Assembly (NCBI GenBank): GCA_016934735.1
Contig: JAFGSG010000063.1
Location: 33,361-97,360, forward strand
Length of the DNA stretch: 64,000 bases
Reading direction: 5' to 3'
DNA from: Spirochaetota bacterium
GTDB taxonomy: Bacteria; Spirochaetota; UBA4802; JAFGDQ01
In this document: piece by piece, positions 8,323-18,305 of the stretch
Layout: every line of letters starts with the position of its first letter
How positions within the stretch are numbered: the stretch's first letter is position 1
Translations under genes and position numbers: made by a program
Notes under the pieces: model-generated
The model's database searches: none
Seen by the model: only the letters and a program-made list of their open reading frames with translations
Told to the model about the DNA's origin: nothing

Positions 8323-9945
8323 ATGAAACGCGAAGACCTGGACCCAAAACTCATAAAACTAGAACATAGTGTTAAAGCGATCGGCCATTTACTCCAATCA
8401 TTTGAAGCGGACTATGGCAAGGATGAGCTTGTTAAATTTATGGATAGAACAGGAATTCCGCTTGAATATTTTAACAACAAAAACAACTGGGTAAGCTTCG
8501 ACTATTTTCTGACTTTACTTGACCAACTTGTTGAACACACCGGAAATCCGCAAATAGCTTTTAAATACGGTTTAAACACTGTAAAATACGGCGATACATG
8601 GGGAATACTGAAAACACTTTTTACTATAATACCCTCACCCATGTATATGTATAAATCCGCAATTAGATTTAATGGCAGATATAGTAAAGTAACCATAAGT
8701 AAAATAAATGAACTAAATAAAAATAAAGTTATAATTGAATTTGGTTTTAAAGAAGGTTATAAAACTAATGTGAATAATTGTCTCAATATACAAGGAAGCC
8801 TTGTATCTCTACCAACATATTTTAACATGCCTGTTGCTGAAGTAAAAGAACTGCAATGTGCTGCCAAGGGCGCAGACACATGTGTTTACGAAGTAACATG
8901 GCAGGAAATAACCAATAAAAAAAATAAATTTTTTTCTTTACTTACGGGCATCTTTGCCGTATACTTATTGTACGCTGTAATCAATTGGTTCGGTTTAGAT
9001 ATAAACACATTAATTAAAATAATATTGTGTGCGATTCCAATCGCGTTCTACAGCGTGGGCCGCGCCATTGATTACAAAATGACAATACGCGACAACATGG
9101 AGGTAGCACAGGACCAGAACAAGGCGACAATTGAATCTCTGGAAAATGTTCAGGAAATAAACGAAGAACTTCAGAGAAACATCGACCGGAGAACCCAGGA
9201 ACTAAAAATTACCAACAGAAAACTTGCAGAAACAGTGATCCTCATACAAAAAAGCGAGCAAGACCTGCTGACAGCGGAAAGAATGGCAGGCATAGGACAG
9301 CTTGCCGCAGGCGTGGCCCACGAGATCAATAATCCAATGGGTGCTGTAAGAAACTACCTGCAGGATGTTCTGGAAGATATCCCTGATAATGATCCGCGGA
9401 GACAGGCTCTTATAGAAGCGGAGAAAGCCACAAAAGAAAGTAAGATATTAATAAACGACCTCCTGTCATTTTCAAGGACTTATGAGAATTTATATATTGT
9501 CGATATTGACGTTAACGAAGTACTGGAAAGGATCTGCGAGAGAATCAAGTTTTCAAATTTAAATATTAAAATTAATAAATACTTGACTCCCGGCATTCCT
9601 TTGATAAAATCAGACCAGATGCAGGTGAATCAGTCATTAAACAACATAATTCTAAATGCCTGCAACGCTATAAAAGAGAATGGATTGATCGCGGTAAGGA
9701 CTTCGTCCGGTCCGGAAGGCATCCATATCGAAGTAACAGATAACGGAGAAATAATTCCGCCGGATCTACTGGATAAATTTTTTGACCTGTCCGGTATGGA
9801 ATTTAAATGGGTGGGAAGAAAAGACCTTGAAATCGCGATGAGCTACAGCATAATTAAACGCTTTAACGGAGATATAACAGTAAGCAGTTCAGTTGAGAAC
9901 GGCACAATATTTAAAGTTCTAATTCCTTATATAATTAAAGTATAA
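8323..9945 (+). CDS. Paralogous membrane-anchored sensor histidine kinase with an XylR-A/V4R-like sensor domain. H-box intact; ATP-binding G1/G2 motifs degenerate.
   Basis: Sensor domain ...NNCLNIQGSLVSLPTYFNMPVAEVKELQCAAKGADTCVYEVTW. TM hairpin. H-box ERMAGIGQLAAGVAHEINNPMGAV. G1 reads DNGEII (second Gly lost). The G2 region reads GRKDLEIAMSYS instead of GxGLGL. Confidence 0.75.
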   Translation: MKREDLDPKLIKLEHSVKAIGHLLQSFEADYGKDELVKFMDRTGIPLEYFNNKNNWVSFDYFLTLLDQLVEHTGNPQIAFKYGLNTVKYGDTWGILKTLFTIIPSPMYMYKSAIRFNGRYSKVTISKINELNKNKVIIEFGFKEGYKTNVNNCLNIQGSLVSLPTYFNMPVAEVKELQCAAKGADTCVYEVTWQEITNKKNKFFSLLTGIFAVYLLYAVINWFGLDINTLIKIILCAIPIAFYSVGRAIDYKMTIRDNMEVAQDQNKATIESLENVQEINEELQRNIDRRTQELKITNRKLAETVILIQKSEQDLLTAERMAGIGQLAAGVAHEINNPMGAVRNYLQDVLEDIPDNDPRRQALIEAEKATKESKILINDLLSFSRTYENLYIVDIDVNEVLERICERIKFSNLNIKINKYLTPGIPLIKSDQMQVNQSLNNIILNACNAIKENGLIAVRTSSGPEGIHIEVTDNGEIIPPDLLDKFFDLSGMEFKWVGRKDLEIAMSYSIIKRFNGDITVSSSVENGTIFKVLIPYIIKV

Positions 9946-10016
9946 CCTTTTAACAATTTGTCGGATGTGGTTTTGTTCAATGCAAAATTGAACTATACTC
10001 AATAAGTTCATAAAAT

Positions 10017-10042
10017 AGCCCGGCCTTAGAGGGCTTTATGTT
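10017..10042 (+). terminator. Possible rho-independent terminator after the tandem kinase genes. Hand-derived coordinates, +/- 2 nt.
   Basis: agccc-ggccttaga-gggct stem-loop followed by ttatgtt. Confidence 0.35.
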
Positions 10043-10131
10043 CTTACTCAGTATATATTGCTATATATAATAGTTTATGCAAATGCCGGCAGAACACAAT
10101 TTAGTCAATCTTTGACACCCGGCCTGGTTGG

Positions 10132-10163
10132 TATTCCTTTTCACAGAAGCCGGAAAAGGAATA
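10132..10163 (+). promoter_or_regulatory. Perfect 10-bp inverted repeat (tattcctttt ... aaaaggaata) with a 12-nt spacer, about 50 bp upstream of the REC-PAS-HK-REC gene. Candidate operator or leader hairpin.
   Basis: Read directly: tattcctttt cacagaagccgg aaaaggaata. A TTGACA hexamer lies about 20 bp upstream. Confidence 0.3.
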
Positions 10164-10213
10164 TATCTTAGCGGATATATTTTACTTTAATGATTATTTC
10201 GAGGAATTAGAAA

Positions 10214-12127
10214 TTGAGTATTAAAAAAGAAGAACGAGTTAACCTCCTTTTAATCGAAGATGATATCGATTTTAAAACTTCATTAGCAAACCGACTTGCT
10301 AAAAATGACTGCAATGTCACAGCTGTCGGGTCTGCAGAAGAAGCGCTGGAATTAGTCGGTTCCGGAAACTACGAGGTAATAGTTTCCGATATTAAACTGG
10401 AAGGAATGGACGGGCTGGAATTTCTTTCCAGGATTAAAAAAATCAATGAAGATTTGCCCGTCATTCTCGTAACCGGGTATGCCAATCTTGATACGGCAAG
10501 ACAGGCGGTTGCCCTGAATGCCTATAACTATCTTCTTAAACCTCTGGAAAATATTTCCGATATACTGATACCAATTAAAAACGCCGTTCAAAGTTATAAG
10601 CTTCAAATCGAAAATAAAACACTAAAAGAACATTACGAAAATATTGTAACAAGTGTTCCTGACGGGATTTTAACAATAAACAGCTCTACTTTAAAAATTG
10701 AATCCGTAAATAAAACATTTTTGAAAATATTCAATACATCTGAAAAAGAAGTGCTGAATAAAAAAATTGATAAAATATTTGATAAAGAAGTTACTGATAA
10801 AATAAAATATCTCATGGAATCGCTCGGCCTGGACGGGAACGCTCTGTCTTTCGAGTGGCTCACATTAAACCAGAACGAAAAAATATTCTGGGCGAATATC
10901 ACGCTAAAAAGAGCTGTAATCGGCAAGAAGGAAAGCATCCTCATGGTTGTCTCGGATATCACCAATTTAAAGCGGGCGGAAGAAGATAAAAAAGAACTGG
11001 AAGTACAGTTCATCCAGATGCAGAAACAGGAAACTATCGGAAGCCTTACGGGAGGGATAGCACACGAATTCAACAATATACTTTCAATAATTTTGGGGCA
11101 TGCTCAGCTTTCTTTAAGTGAAAATGCCAGTCCTGAACTGAAAAAATCACTGACAGAAATTGAAAAAGCAACCATGCGCGGAAGCAGTTTAGTCGAGAAT
11201 ATGACTACATTCGCAAGCCCAAACCAGCCGGCTTTAATACCGCAGGATATCCGGGATAGCATTGACAGCGTTCTGCAGATGCAGGACAGGCAACTGCGTT
11301 TTCAGAATATTGAAATCGAAAAAAATTATTCCAATGAACTCGTTGCGCTATTCGATTCCGGTCAGATGGAACAGGCTATCTTAAATTTATTAATAAATTC
11401 CATGCATGCCATAAAACCGAAAGGGAAAGGCAAAATCTCAATAACCGTCCGCGATCTGGAAAATTCTATTGAGATAATCTTTCAGGATACCGGGATAGGC
11501 ATGAGTCAGGAAACGCAGGAAAAAATATTTGATCCTTTCTTTACAACCAAAGGCGCATACTCAAAAGACGAACATGATATATCCGGAACCGGATTGGGAC
11601 TCTCAGTAACAAATGCGATAATTAATCAGCATCATGGCTCAATTTCGGTTGGGAGCGAAGTGAATATCGGAACTACATTCAGAATAGGCATCCCTGCGGC
11701 AAAAACAGCCCTTGAAGAAAAAATAATAACGGCTGAATTATCACAAAACATCAACATGGAAAAGATCAGAAACCTCCGTATACTGCTTGTAGAAGATGAA
11801 GACGAAATAGTTAAATTGCTGAAACTAGTTTTTAAAAAGGCCGGATTAAAAAATTTTTTAATTGAACAAAACTCCAAAAAGGCAGTGAAAGCCTTTATTG
11901 ATTTTAACCCGGATATTGTTTTTATTGATCTGATAATGCCGGAAATGAACGGGAAACAGGTTTTTGAAGAAATAAAAAAAATAAATGAAAAAGTGCCTCT
12001 TGTGCTTATGAGCGGAAAAATTAATATAAAAAAGGAAGAACTTTCACAAATGGGTTCTTATGATTATATAAAAAAACCGTTCAATATAAACGATTTATAT
12101 AAAATCCTTGATAGAGTATCTTTATAA
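10214..12127 (+). CDS. Hybrid two-component protein REC-PAS-HisKA-HATPase_c-REC.
   Basis: N-terminal receiver LLLIEDD...VIVSDIKLEGMDG. H-box GSLTGGIAHEFNNILSIILGH. DTGIGM/GTGLGLSV. C-terminal receiver RILLVEDEDE...FIDLIMPEMNG, very similar to the C-terminus of the first kinase. Confidence 0.85.
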   Translation: MSIKKEERVNLLLIEDDIDFKTSLANRLAKNDCNVTAVGSAEEALELVGSGNYEVIVSDIKLEGMDGLEFLSRIKKINEDLPVILVTGYANLDTARQAVALNAYNYLLKPLENISDILIPIKNAVQSYKLQIENKTLKEHYENIVTSVPDGILTINSSTLKIESVNKTFLKIFNTSEKEVLNKKIDKIFDKEVTDKIKYLMESLGLDGNALSFEWLTLNQNEKIFWANITLKRAVIGKKESILMVVSDITNLKRAEEDKKELEVQFIQMQKQETIGSLTGGIAHEFNNILSIILGHAQLSLSENASPELKKSLTEIEKATMRGSSLVENMTTFASPNQPALIPQDIRDSIDSVLQMQDRQLRFQNIEIEKNYSNELVALFDSGQMEQAILNLLINSMHAIKPKGKGKISITVRDLENSIEIIFQDTGIGMSQETQEKIFDPFFTTKGAYSKDEHDISGTGLGLSVTNAIINQHHGSISVGSEVNIGTTFRIGIPAAKTALEEKIITAELSQNINMEKIRNLRILLVEDEDEIVKLLKLVFKKAGLKNFLIEQNSKKAVKAFIDFNPDIVFIDLIMPEMNGKQVFEEIKKINEKVPLVLMSGKINIKKEELSQMGSYDYIKKPFNINDLYKILDRVSL

Positions 12128-13537
12128 AGAATTCAGATATCCCTCTATTCCCTGAGCAGCCTGCCTTCCCTGCGAGATTGCCCTTACAACAAGCGAAGCT
12201 CCGGATGCAGAATCTCCTGCTGCGAAAATTCCGTCGATATTCGTCATATAATCCGCGTTAACTTTAATATTGCCCCGTGAATCAGTGCTAATCCCCATAT
12301 TCTTAATCAGTTCATGCTCAGCATGAAGAAATCCCATAGCGAGAAAAACAATGTCGGCTTTTATAGCAATATCAGTTCCGGGCAACTCTCTCATTCTATA
12401 GGAATATTTTTCATCGTAATACCATTCAACCTGCACTGCTGTGATGCTGCTAACTCTCCCGTTATCCCCATCGAATCTTTTTGTCAATATATTCCAATAT
12501 CTTTCACAGCCTTCTTCGTGAGAGCTTGATGTCTTTAAAAGTTTAGGCCAAAGCGGCCACGGTTCATCATCTGTTCTGTGCTCCGGCGGCTTAGGCAAAA
12601 GCTCTATCTGTGTTATATTTGCAGCGCCCTGCCTGTTTGCGGAACCGACACAGTCTGAACCCGTATCGCCGCCGCCTATAACCACAACGTTTTTATTATA
12701 TGCCCTTATGAGTTCCTGTTCGGGAATTACATCGCCTCTCACGATCTTATTCTGCTGGGTAAGATATTCCATAGCAAAATAAATACCGGTCAAGTCCCTG
12801 CCGGGTATCTCAAGGTTCCTCGGTTCACGCGCGCCGATTGTCAGACAAATTGCATCAAACTCGTCTTTTAATTTTAAAATATCACTGCCTATCCTCACAC
12901 CGGTTTTAACAATAAGACCTTCCTGTTTTAATATATTCACCCGCCTGTCAATTATGTTTTTGTTGAGTTTAAAATCCGGAATACCGAACCTTAAATAACC
13001 GCCGACACTGTCTTCAGCTTCATAAAGTACAACCGTATGCCCTGCTTTGTTTAAAATATCCGCACACGCAAGGCCTGCCGGGCCGCTGCCTATTACAGCT
13101 ATCCTTTTACCTGTCCTATTCTTCGGCGGCCTTGGCACAACATAACCCTCTTTGAACGCTTTTTCGATTACAAAAAGCTCATTATTTCTTATGGTTACCG
13201 CCTCGTCATTAATTGAAAGCACACATGATGCTTCGCACAAAGCAGGGCAAACGCGGCCGGTAAACTCAGGAAAATTATTTGTCTCCTGTAAAATTCCATA
13301 TGCTGCCTTATAATCTCCCCTGTAGATCATATCCTGCCACTCAGGCATCATATTCGAGACCGGACAGGCCCAATGACAGAAAGGGACTCCGCAATCCATG
13401 CACCTGGAAGCCTGAAGCTTTCTGGCCTGCTCCGGAAGTTCCTGTTCAACTTCATGATAATCCCTGACACGCTCCTCTATAGGCCTGTAGCCGCCTTCTT
13501 CCCGTTTTATGTTTAAAAAACCTGACGGATTACCCAT
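12122..13537 (-). CDS. gltD: Glutamate synthase (NADPH) small subunit.
   Basis: GRVCPALCEASCVL Fe-S motif. FAD/NAD(P) Rossmann motifs IAVIGSGPAGLACA and VVVIGGGDTGSDC. Its start overlaps the gltB stop. Confidence 0.85.
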   Translation of the reverse strand: MGNPSGFLNIKREEGGYRPIEERVRDYHEVEQELPEQARKLQASRCMDCGVPFCHWACPVSNMMPEWQDMIYRGDYKAAYGILQETNNFPEFTGRVCPALCEASCVLSINDEAVTIRNNELFVIEKAFKEGYVVPRPPKNRTGKRIAVIGSGPAGLACADILNKAGHTVVLYEAEDSVGGYLRFGIPDFKLNKNIIDRRVNILKQEGLIVKTGVRIGSDILKLKDEFDAICLTIGAREPRNLEIPGRDLTGIYFAMEYLTQQNKIVRGDVIPEQELIRAYNKNVVVIGGGDTGSDCVGSANRQGAANITQIELLPKPPEHRTDDEPWPLWPKLLKTSSSHEEGCERYWNILTKRFDGDNGRVSSITAVQVEWYYDEKYSYRMRELPGTDIAIKADIVFLAMGFLHAEHELIKNMGISTDSRGNIKVNADYMTNIDGIFAAGDSASGASLVVRAISQGRQAAQGIEGYLNSL

Positions 13538-16500
13538 TAGAATATTTCCTCCAATTGCTCTTCTTCCCTGATCTTCTTGAGCTTCTCATCGATCATAGAA
13601 ATTTTTATTTCATTCATAGCGCGTTTGTATTCAAACGAAATTACTTTGATAAACTTAGGAAGATAATCATACCAGTTCTTGAGTATATCTTTCGCGTTGC
13701 TGCTGTCCGTGTATTTAATATGTTTCTGAAGCAATTCCAGTATAAAATCCTGATCTTCATAATCCCTTACCTGTGACAATTCAACCATACCCTTGTTGCA
13801 GAAATAATCAAAATTGCCGTCCCTGTCCAATACATATGCAATCCCACCGCTCATGCCTGCTGCGAAGTTGCGGCCCACTCTGCCAAGCACTATTATGCGT
13901 CCGCCGGTCATGTATTCTGCGCAATGATCGCCGGTACCCTCAACAACCGCTGTTGCGCCGCTGTTTCGCACGCAGAAGCGTTCGCCCGCTATGCCGCGGA
14001 TAAAGGCTTCTCCCCCAGTAGCGCCGTATAGTACGGTGTTGCCGACTATTATGTTCTCCTCAGCTTTAAAGACTGAATCCCGCGAAGGCGTAACTATAAG
14101 CCTGCCGCCGGAAAGCCCCTTGCCGAGATAATCGTTGGAATCGCCTTCAAGGCGGAATGTGATTCCCTTTGCAAGAAAAGCGCCGAAGCTCTGCCCGGCA
14201 CTTCCGCGGAACACGCATTCAATGCTGTTGTCCGGAAGTCCGGCGTCACCGTATTTCCGGGAGATCTCATATGAAAGCATGGCGCCTGTAGCGCGGTCCG
14301 TATTGCTTACCTGCATTTCAATGTTTATCCGGCTTCTGTTTTCATCGCTCATTGCCGGCTTTGACTTTTCAATTAGCACTTTATCGAGAACATTTTCAAT
14401 CTTGTGTATCTGACATTCAATGCAGTAACCAGTATTCCTTCCGGCTTCCGGGGATCTGTAAAGTATCCCGGAAAGATCGACTTTCCCTGCTTTCCAGTGA
14501 TCAATATTTCTTGATATTAAGAGATCGGTTCTGCCGATGAGCTCATCAAATCTCCGTACTCCTATCATGGCCATAATCTCGCGTACTTCCCGCGTTAAAA
14601 ATGTAAAATAATTGATAAGATGCTCCGGCCTGCCTTTAAATCTTTTTCTTAGCTCAGGGTCCTGAGTGGCTATACCGACAGGGCATGTATTTATATGGCA
14701 TTTTCTCATCATCACGCATCCGAGGGAAATGAGCGTTCCTGTTCCGAAACCGAATTCCTCTGCACCCAGAAGCGCTGCAATGACAATGTCCCTGCCTGTT
14801 TTTAACTGACCGTCCGTCTGTAGGCGCACTCGTCCCCTGAGATTATTCCGGACTAGGGTCTGATGCGTCTCTGACAGGCCGAGCTCCCATGGCAGTCCCG
14901 CATGCTTTATTGAGCTTAAGGGGCTTGCGCCTGTGCCTCCGTCGTATCCGCTTATTAGAATATTGTCAGCATGCGCCTTGGCAACCCCGGCTGCGATAGT
15001 GCCTACTCCGGCTTCCGAAACGAGCTTAACGCTTATCCGCGCATTCGGATTGGCGTTCTTAAGATCGAATATCAGCTCCGCAAGATCCTCTATCGAATAA
15101 ATGTCATGATGAGGAGGAGGCGAAATTAGAGTAACACCCTGTGTGGAATAGCGCGTCTTTGCTATTATTCTGTCTATCTTGTGTCCTGGAAGCTGGCCGC
15201 CCTCGCCCGGCTTCGCTCCCTGAGCGATCTTAATCTGGATCTCATCCGCATTTGCAAGGTAATTGCTGGTCACTCCGAATCTGCCCGAAGCTACCTGCTT
15301 TATCGCGCTTCTGGCAAATGAGCAATCCTGACGCATAAGGAATCTACCCGGATCCTCTCCGCCTTCCCCGGAATTGCTTCTTCCGCAGATAGCATTCATG
15401 GCAACACCGATAGTTTCGTGCGCCTCCCTGCTTATCGACCCGTAAGACATTGCGCCTGTTGTCAGGCGTTTCAGAATACCGGGCAACGGTTCAACTTCCT
15501 CGACAGGAATCGGATTGTTCTTAAAATCAAGCAGACCTCTGATGACATGAGGCCTACGGTTGCTTTCATCCACAAGCCCGGAAAACTCTTTATACCTAGC
15601 GTAATCCGACGTGCGCACTGCCCACTGCAGAAGGCGTATTGTATCCGGGGTCCACGCATGCCTCTCGCCGCTCTTTCTGTACTGATACACACCCTGTGAT
15701 TCAAGAGAGGATATTTTTTGATAAGCTGATTCATGTTTCATCAGAGATTCTTTTGCAATTTCCTTTATTCCTATACCACCAATCCTTGAATCTGTTCCAG
15801 AAAAATATTTATCTATAACTTCTTTTCCAAGTCCCACTGCTTCGAATATCTGCGCACCCCGGTAGCTCCTAAGAGTGGAGGTACCCATTTTAGACAGCAC
15901 CTTCAGGAGACCCTTGTTTACAGCCTTGATATAATTATCAACCGCATGCTCACTGTCAATATCAGAAGATAATTTTCCACGTTTATATAAATCCTCTACT
16001 ACAGCGATCGCGCCATAAGGATTCACAGCGTCTGCGCCGTAACCGAAAAGAAGGGCAAAATGCATCACTTCCCTGGGTTCCGCCGACTCTATTACTAGCC
16101 CGGCCATTGTTCTCTTCCTGGATCTTATAAGATGATGATGCACACCGGCGCATGCAAGAAGAGACGGAACGGGCGCTTTATCGCAGCCGGTTTCCCTATC
16201 AGATATTATTATGATGGTATTTCCGCTATCAATACTTTCCTCTGCTTCAGCACACATCCTCTCGATAGCAGCTTCAAGACCGGATACGCCGTCACTGACA
16301 TTGAATGTTGCATCAATTACCGCTGGTCTGAAATTGGAATTGTTTATGTTTTTCAGCTTCTGAATATCCGGCTGAGAAAAAACCGGACTTGTAAATTTAA
16401 TTACCCTGCAAAGCTCCGGATCCCCGGATAGAATGTTTGTATATGAACCTATGAAACTGGTTAATGTCATGACAAGTTCTTCGCGTATTGAGTCAATGGG

Positions 16501-18072
16501 AGGATTTGTAACCTGCGCGAACATCTGCTTAAAATAATTGAACAAGGGCTGGGGCTTATCGGAAAAAACTGCAAGCGGAGTATCTGTTCCCATTGACCCT
16601 GTCGGTTCCTGGGCAGTCTGAGACATATGCAGAATAATGGTCTCGATATCTTCCCTCGTATACGCATTAACAATTTGCAATTCGAGCAGCTTAGTGCCGG
16701 AAATCTCAGCCGGAGGCTCATCTTTAGACATAATTTCCGAAAGAATGATTCTGTTCTCCTCAACCCATTTTTTATAGGGCTGCTGATGTGAAATTATGTC
16801 CTTGATCTCTTTATCGGGTATTATCCTTCCCTCCTCTGTATCGACGAGAAGCAGTTTGCCTGGCATAAGGCGTCCTTTGTAAATGATATCTTCCGGCGCA
16901 AATGTCTGCACCCCGACTTCCGAGCCCATTACGATCAGGTCATCTTTTACGATATAATATCTTGACGGCCTGAGACCGTTGCGGTCAAGAGTACCGCCTA
17001 CATACCTTCCGTCGCTGAATACAATAGAAGCCGGCCCGTCCCACGGCTCCATGAACGACGCGTGATATTCATAAAAATATTTTAGATCGTCAGGAATGGG
17101 GTTTTTATCATTCCAAGATTCCGGGATAAGCATCATTATAGCATGTGGAAGCGACCGGCCGGTCGCAGCAAGCATTTCAAGAGCATTATCAAGCGAAGCT
17201 GAATCGCTTTTACCAGGCTCAATTACAGGAAGAATTTTTTTTATACCGCTGCCAAATGGATCAGATTCAAAAAATGATTCCCTCGCCTGCATCCAGAACC
17301 TATTTCCTTTTATAGTATTTATTTCGCCGTTATGTGCAAGAAGCCTGAAAGGCTGAGCAAGGTCCCATGACGGGAATGTGTTCGTGCTGAATCTCGAATG
17401 AACAAGTGCGATCGAACTCGAAATCCTGTCAGATCTTAGATCCCGATAATATCTTTTCAGCTGTGAAGGCATCAGCATGCCTTTATACACAATAGTCTTT
17501 GAAGACAGGGAAGGGATATGGAACAGAGCCTTTTGTTTTAAATCAGAATGCCTGATTTTATTTTCAATTGACTTACGTATTATATATAATTTTCTCTCAA
17601 AAACATCCTGCTGAAGAGACCTCCCCGCAACGAACACCTGTTTGATAACGGGTTCAGAGCGTTTTGCAATTTCTCCAATAACGGAATTATCGACTTCTAT
17701 GTCTCTCCATAGTATTATTTTCTGACCTTCTTCTTCAGCTGCCTTATTGAATTCAGCGATACATTCCTCAGCCTCCCCGGAATCCCGAGGCAGGAATACA
17801 AGGCCTGTGCCGTACGATCCTGATCCGGGAATATTCTTTATTTCCTGTTTGTAAAATTCATGAGGGATCTGTAAAAGAATACCGGCGCCGTCGCCTGTCT
17901 TATTGTCAGCACCTTCCGCGCCCCTGTGCTCCATCCTCTCAAGCACTTCAAGCCCGCGCCTGATAATATTATTCGATTTTTCTCCTTTTATATGCGCTAC
18001 AAATCCGATTCCGCAGGAATCGTGCTCGTAGTCATTACTGTAAAGTCCTCTTGTAGTATTTCCCGGCATCAT
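13537..18072 (-). CDS. gltB: Glutamate synthase large subunit (Ntn amidotransferase, FMN/Fe-S and GXGXG domains).
   Basis: N-terminus ...[15 protein letters not shown] with the Ntn Cys. 1511 aa. Canonical large-subunit motifs throughout. Confidence 0.9.
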   Translation of the reverse strand: MMPGNTTRGLYSNDYEHDSCGIGFVAHIKGEKSNNIIRRGLEVLERMEHRGAEGADNKTGDGAGILLQIPHEFYKQEIKNIPGSGSYGTGLVFLPRDSGEAEECIAEFNKAAEEEGQKIILWRDIEVDNSVIGEIAKRSEPVIKQVFVAGRSLQQDVFERKLYIIRKSIENKIRHSDLKQKALFHIPSLSSKTIVYKGMLMPSQLKRYYRDLRSDRISSSIALVHSRFSTNTFPSWDLAQPFRLLAHNGEINTIKGNRFWMQARESFFESDPFGSGIKKILPVIEPGKSDSASLDNALEMLAATGRSLPHAIMMLIPESWNDKNPIPDDLKYFYEYHASFMEPWDGPASIVFSDGRYVGGTLDRNGLRPSRYYIVKDDLIVMGSEVGVQTFAPEDIIYKGRLMPGKLLLVDTEEGRIIPDKEIKDIISHQQPYKKWVEENRIILSEIMSKDEPPAEISGTKLLELQIVNAYTREDIETIILHMSQTAQEPTGSMGTDTPLAVFSDKPQPLFNYFKQMFAQVTNPPIDSIREELVMTLTSFIGSYTNILSGDPELCRVIKFTSPVFSQPDIQKLKNINNSNFRPAVIDATFNVSDGVSGLEAAIERMCAEAEESIDSGNTIIIISDRETGCDKAPVPSLLACAGVHHHLIRSRKRTMAGLVIESAEPREVMHFALLFGYGADAVNPYGAIAVVEDLYKRGKLSSDIDSEHAVDNYIKAVNKGLLKVLSKMGTSTLRSYRGAQIFEAVGLGKEVIDKYFSGTDSRIGGIGIKEIAKESLMKHESAYQKISSLESQGVYQYRKSGERHAWTPDTIRLLQWAVRTSDYARYKEFSGLVDESNRRPHVIRGLLDFKNNPIPVEEVEPLPGILKRLTTGAMSYGSISREAHETIGVAMNAICGRSNSGEGGEDPGRFLMRQDCSFARSAIKQVASGRFGVTSNYLANADEIQIKIAQGAKPGEGGQLPGHKIDRIIAKTRYSTQGVTLISPPPHHDIYSIEDLAELIFDLKNANPNARISVKLVSEAGVGTIAAGVAKAHADNILISGYDGGTGASPLSSIKHAGLPWELGLSETHQTLVRNNLRGRVRLQTDGQLKTGRDIVIAALLGAEEFGFGTGTLISLGCVMMRKCHINTCPVGIATQDPELRKRFKGRPEHLINYFTFLTREVREIMAMIGVRRFDELIGRTDLLISRNIDHWKAGKVDLSGILYRSPEAGRNTGYCIECQIHKIENVLDKVLIEKSKPAMSDENRSRINIEMQVSNTDRATGAMLSYEISRKYGDAGLPDNSIECVFRGSAGQSFGAFLAKGITFRLEGDSNDYLGKGLSGGRLIVTPSRDSVFKAEENIIVGNTVLYGATGGEAFIRGIAGERFCVRNSGATAVVEGTGDHCAEYMTGGRIIVLGRVGRNFAAGMSGGIAYVLDRDGNFDYFCNKGMVELSQVRDYEDQDFILELLQKHIKYTDSSNAKDILKNWYDYLPKFIKVISFEYKRAMNEIKISMIDEKLKKIREEEQLEEIF

Positions 18073-18236
18073 AATTTTATCACTTCGATTTTTAATAATT
18101 CCTTTATATTTAAAAATAATGGTACAATTTAATTATAGACAACATTATCTTAACAAGACAAATTTATATTGTCACTGTTGAAATAATTATATTTTACAAA
18201 AACATAAAATCAAACTAATTTTAAGGCAAATTAACA

Positions 18237-18270
18237 AAAATGCCTGCTGTTATAATGCAGCCGGCATTTT
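18237..18270 (-). terminator. Rho-independent terminator downstream of the amidotransferase-GXGXG gene. It separates the upstream operon from gltBD. Coordinates +/- 2 nt.
   Basis: aaaatgcc-tgctg-ttataa-tgcagcc-ggcatttt hairpin (8+4 bp) with T-tracts on both sides. Confidence 0.55.
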
Positions 18271-18305
18271 AAGCACCGCTTTTTATATGTTATTTGTTTT
18301 TTGTT

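Noticed and set aside
13555-17356. Numerous 60-100 aa ORFs on the + strand inside gltB, and similar antisense ORFs inside the GltS-like, carB and guaA genes.
   Set aside because: They lie entirely antisense within long, well-supported coding genes and have no RBS context or recognisable motifs. They are the usual consequence of GC-richer coding sequence.
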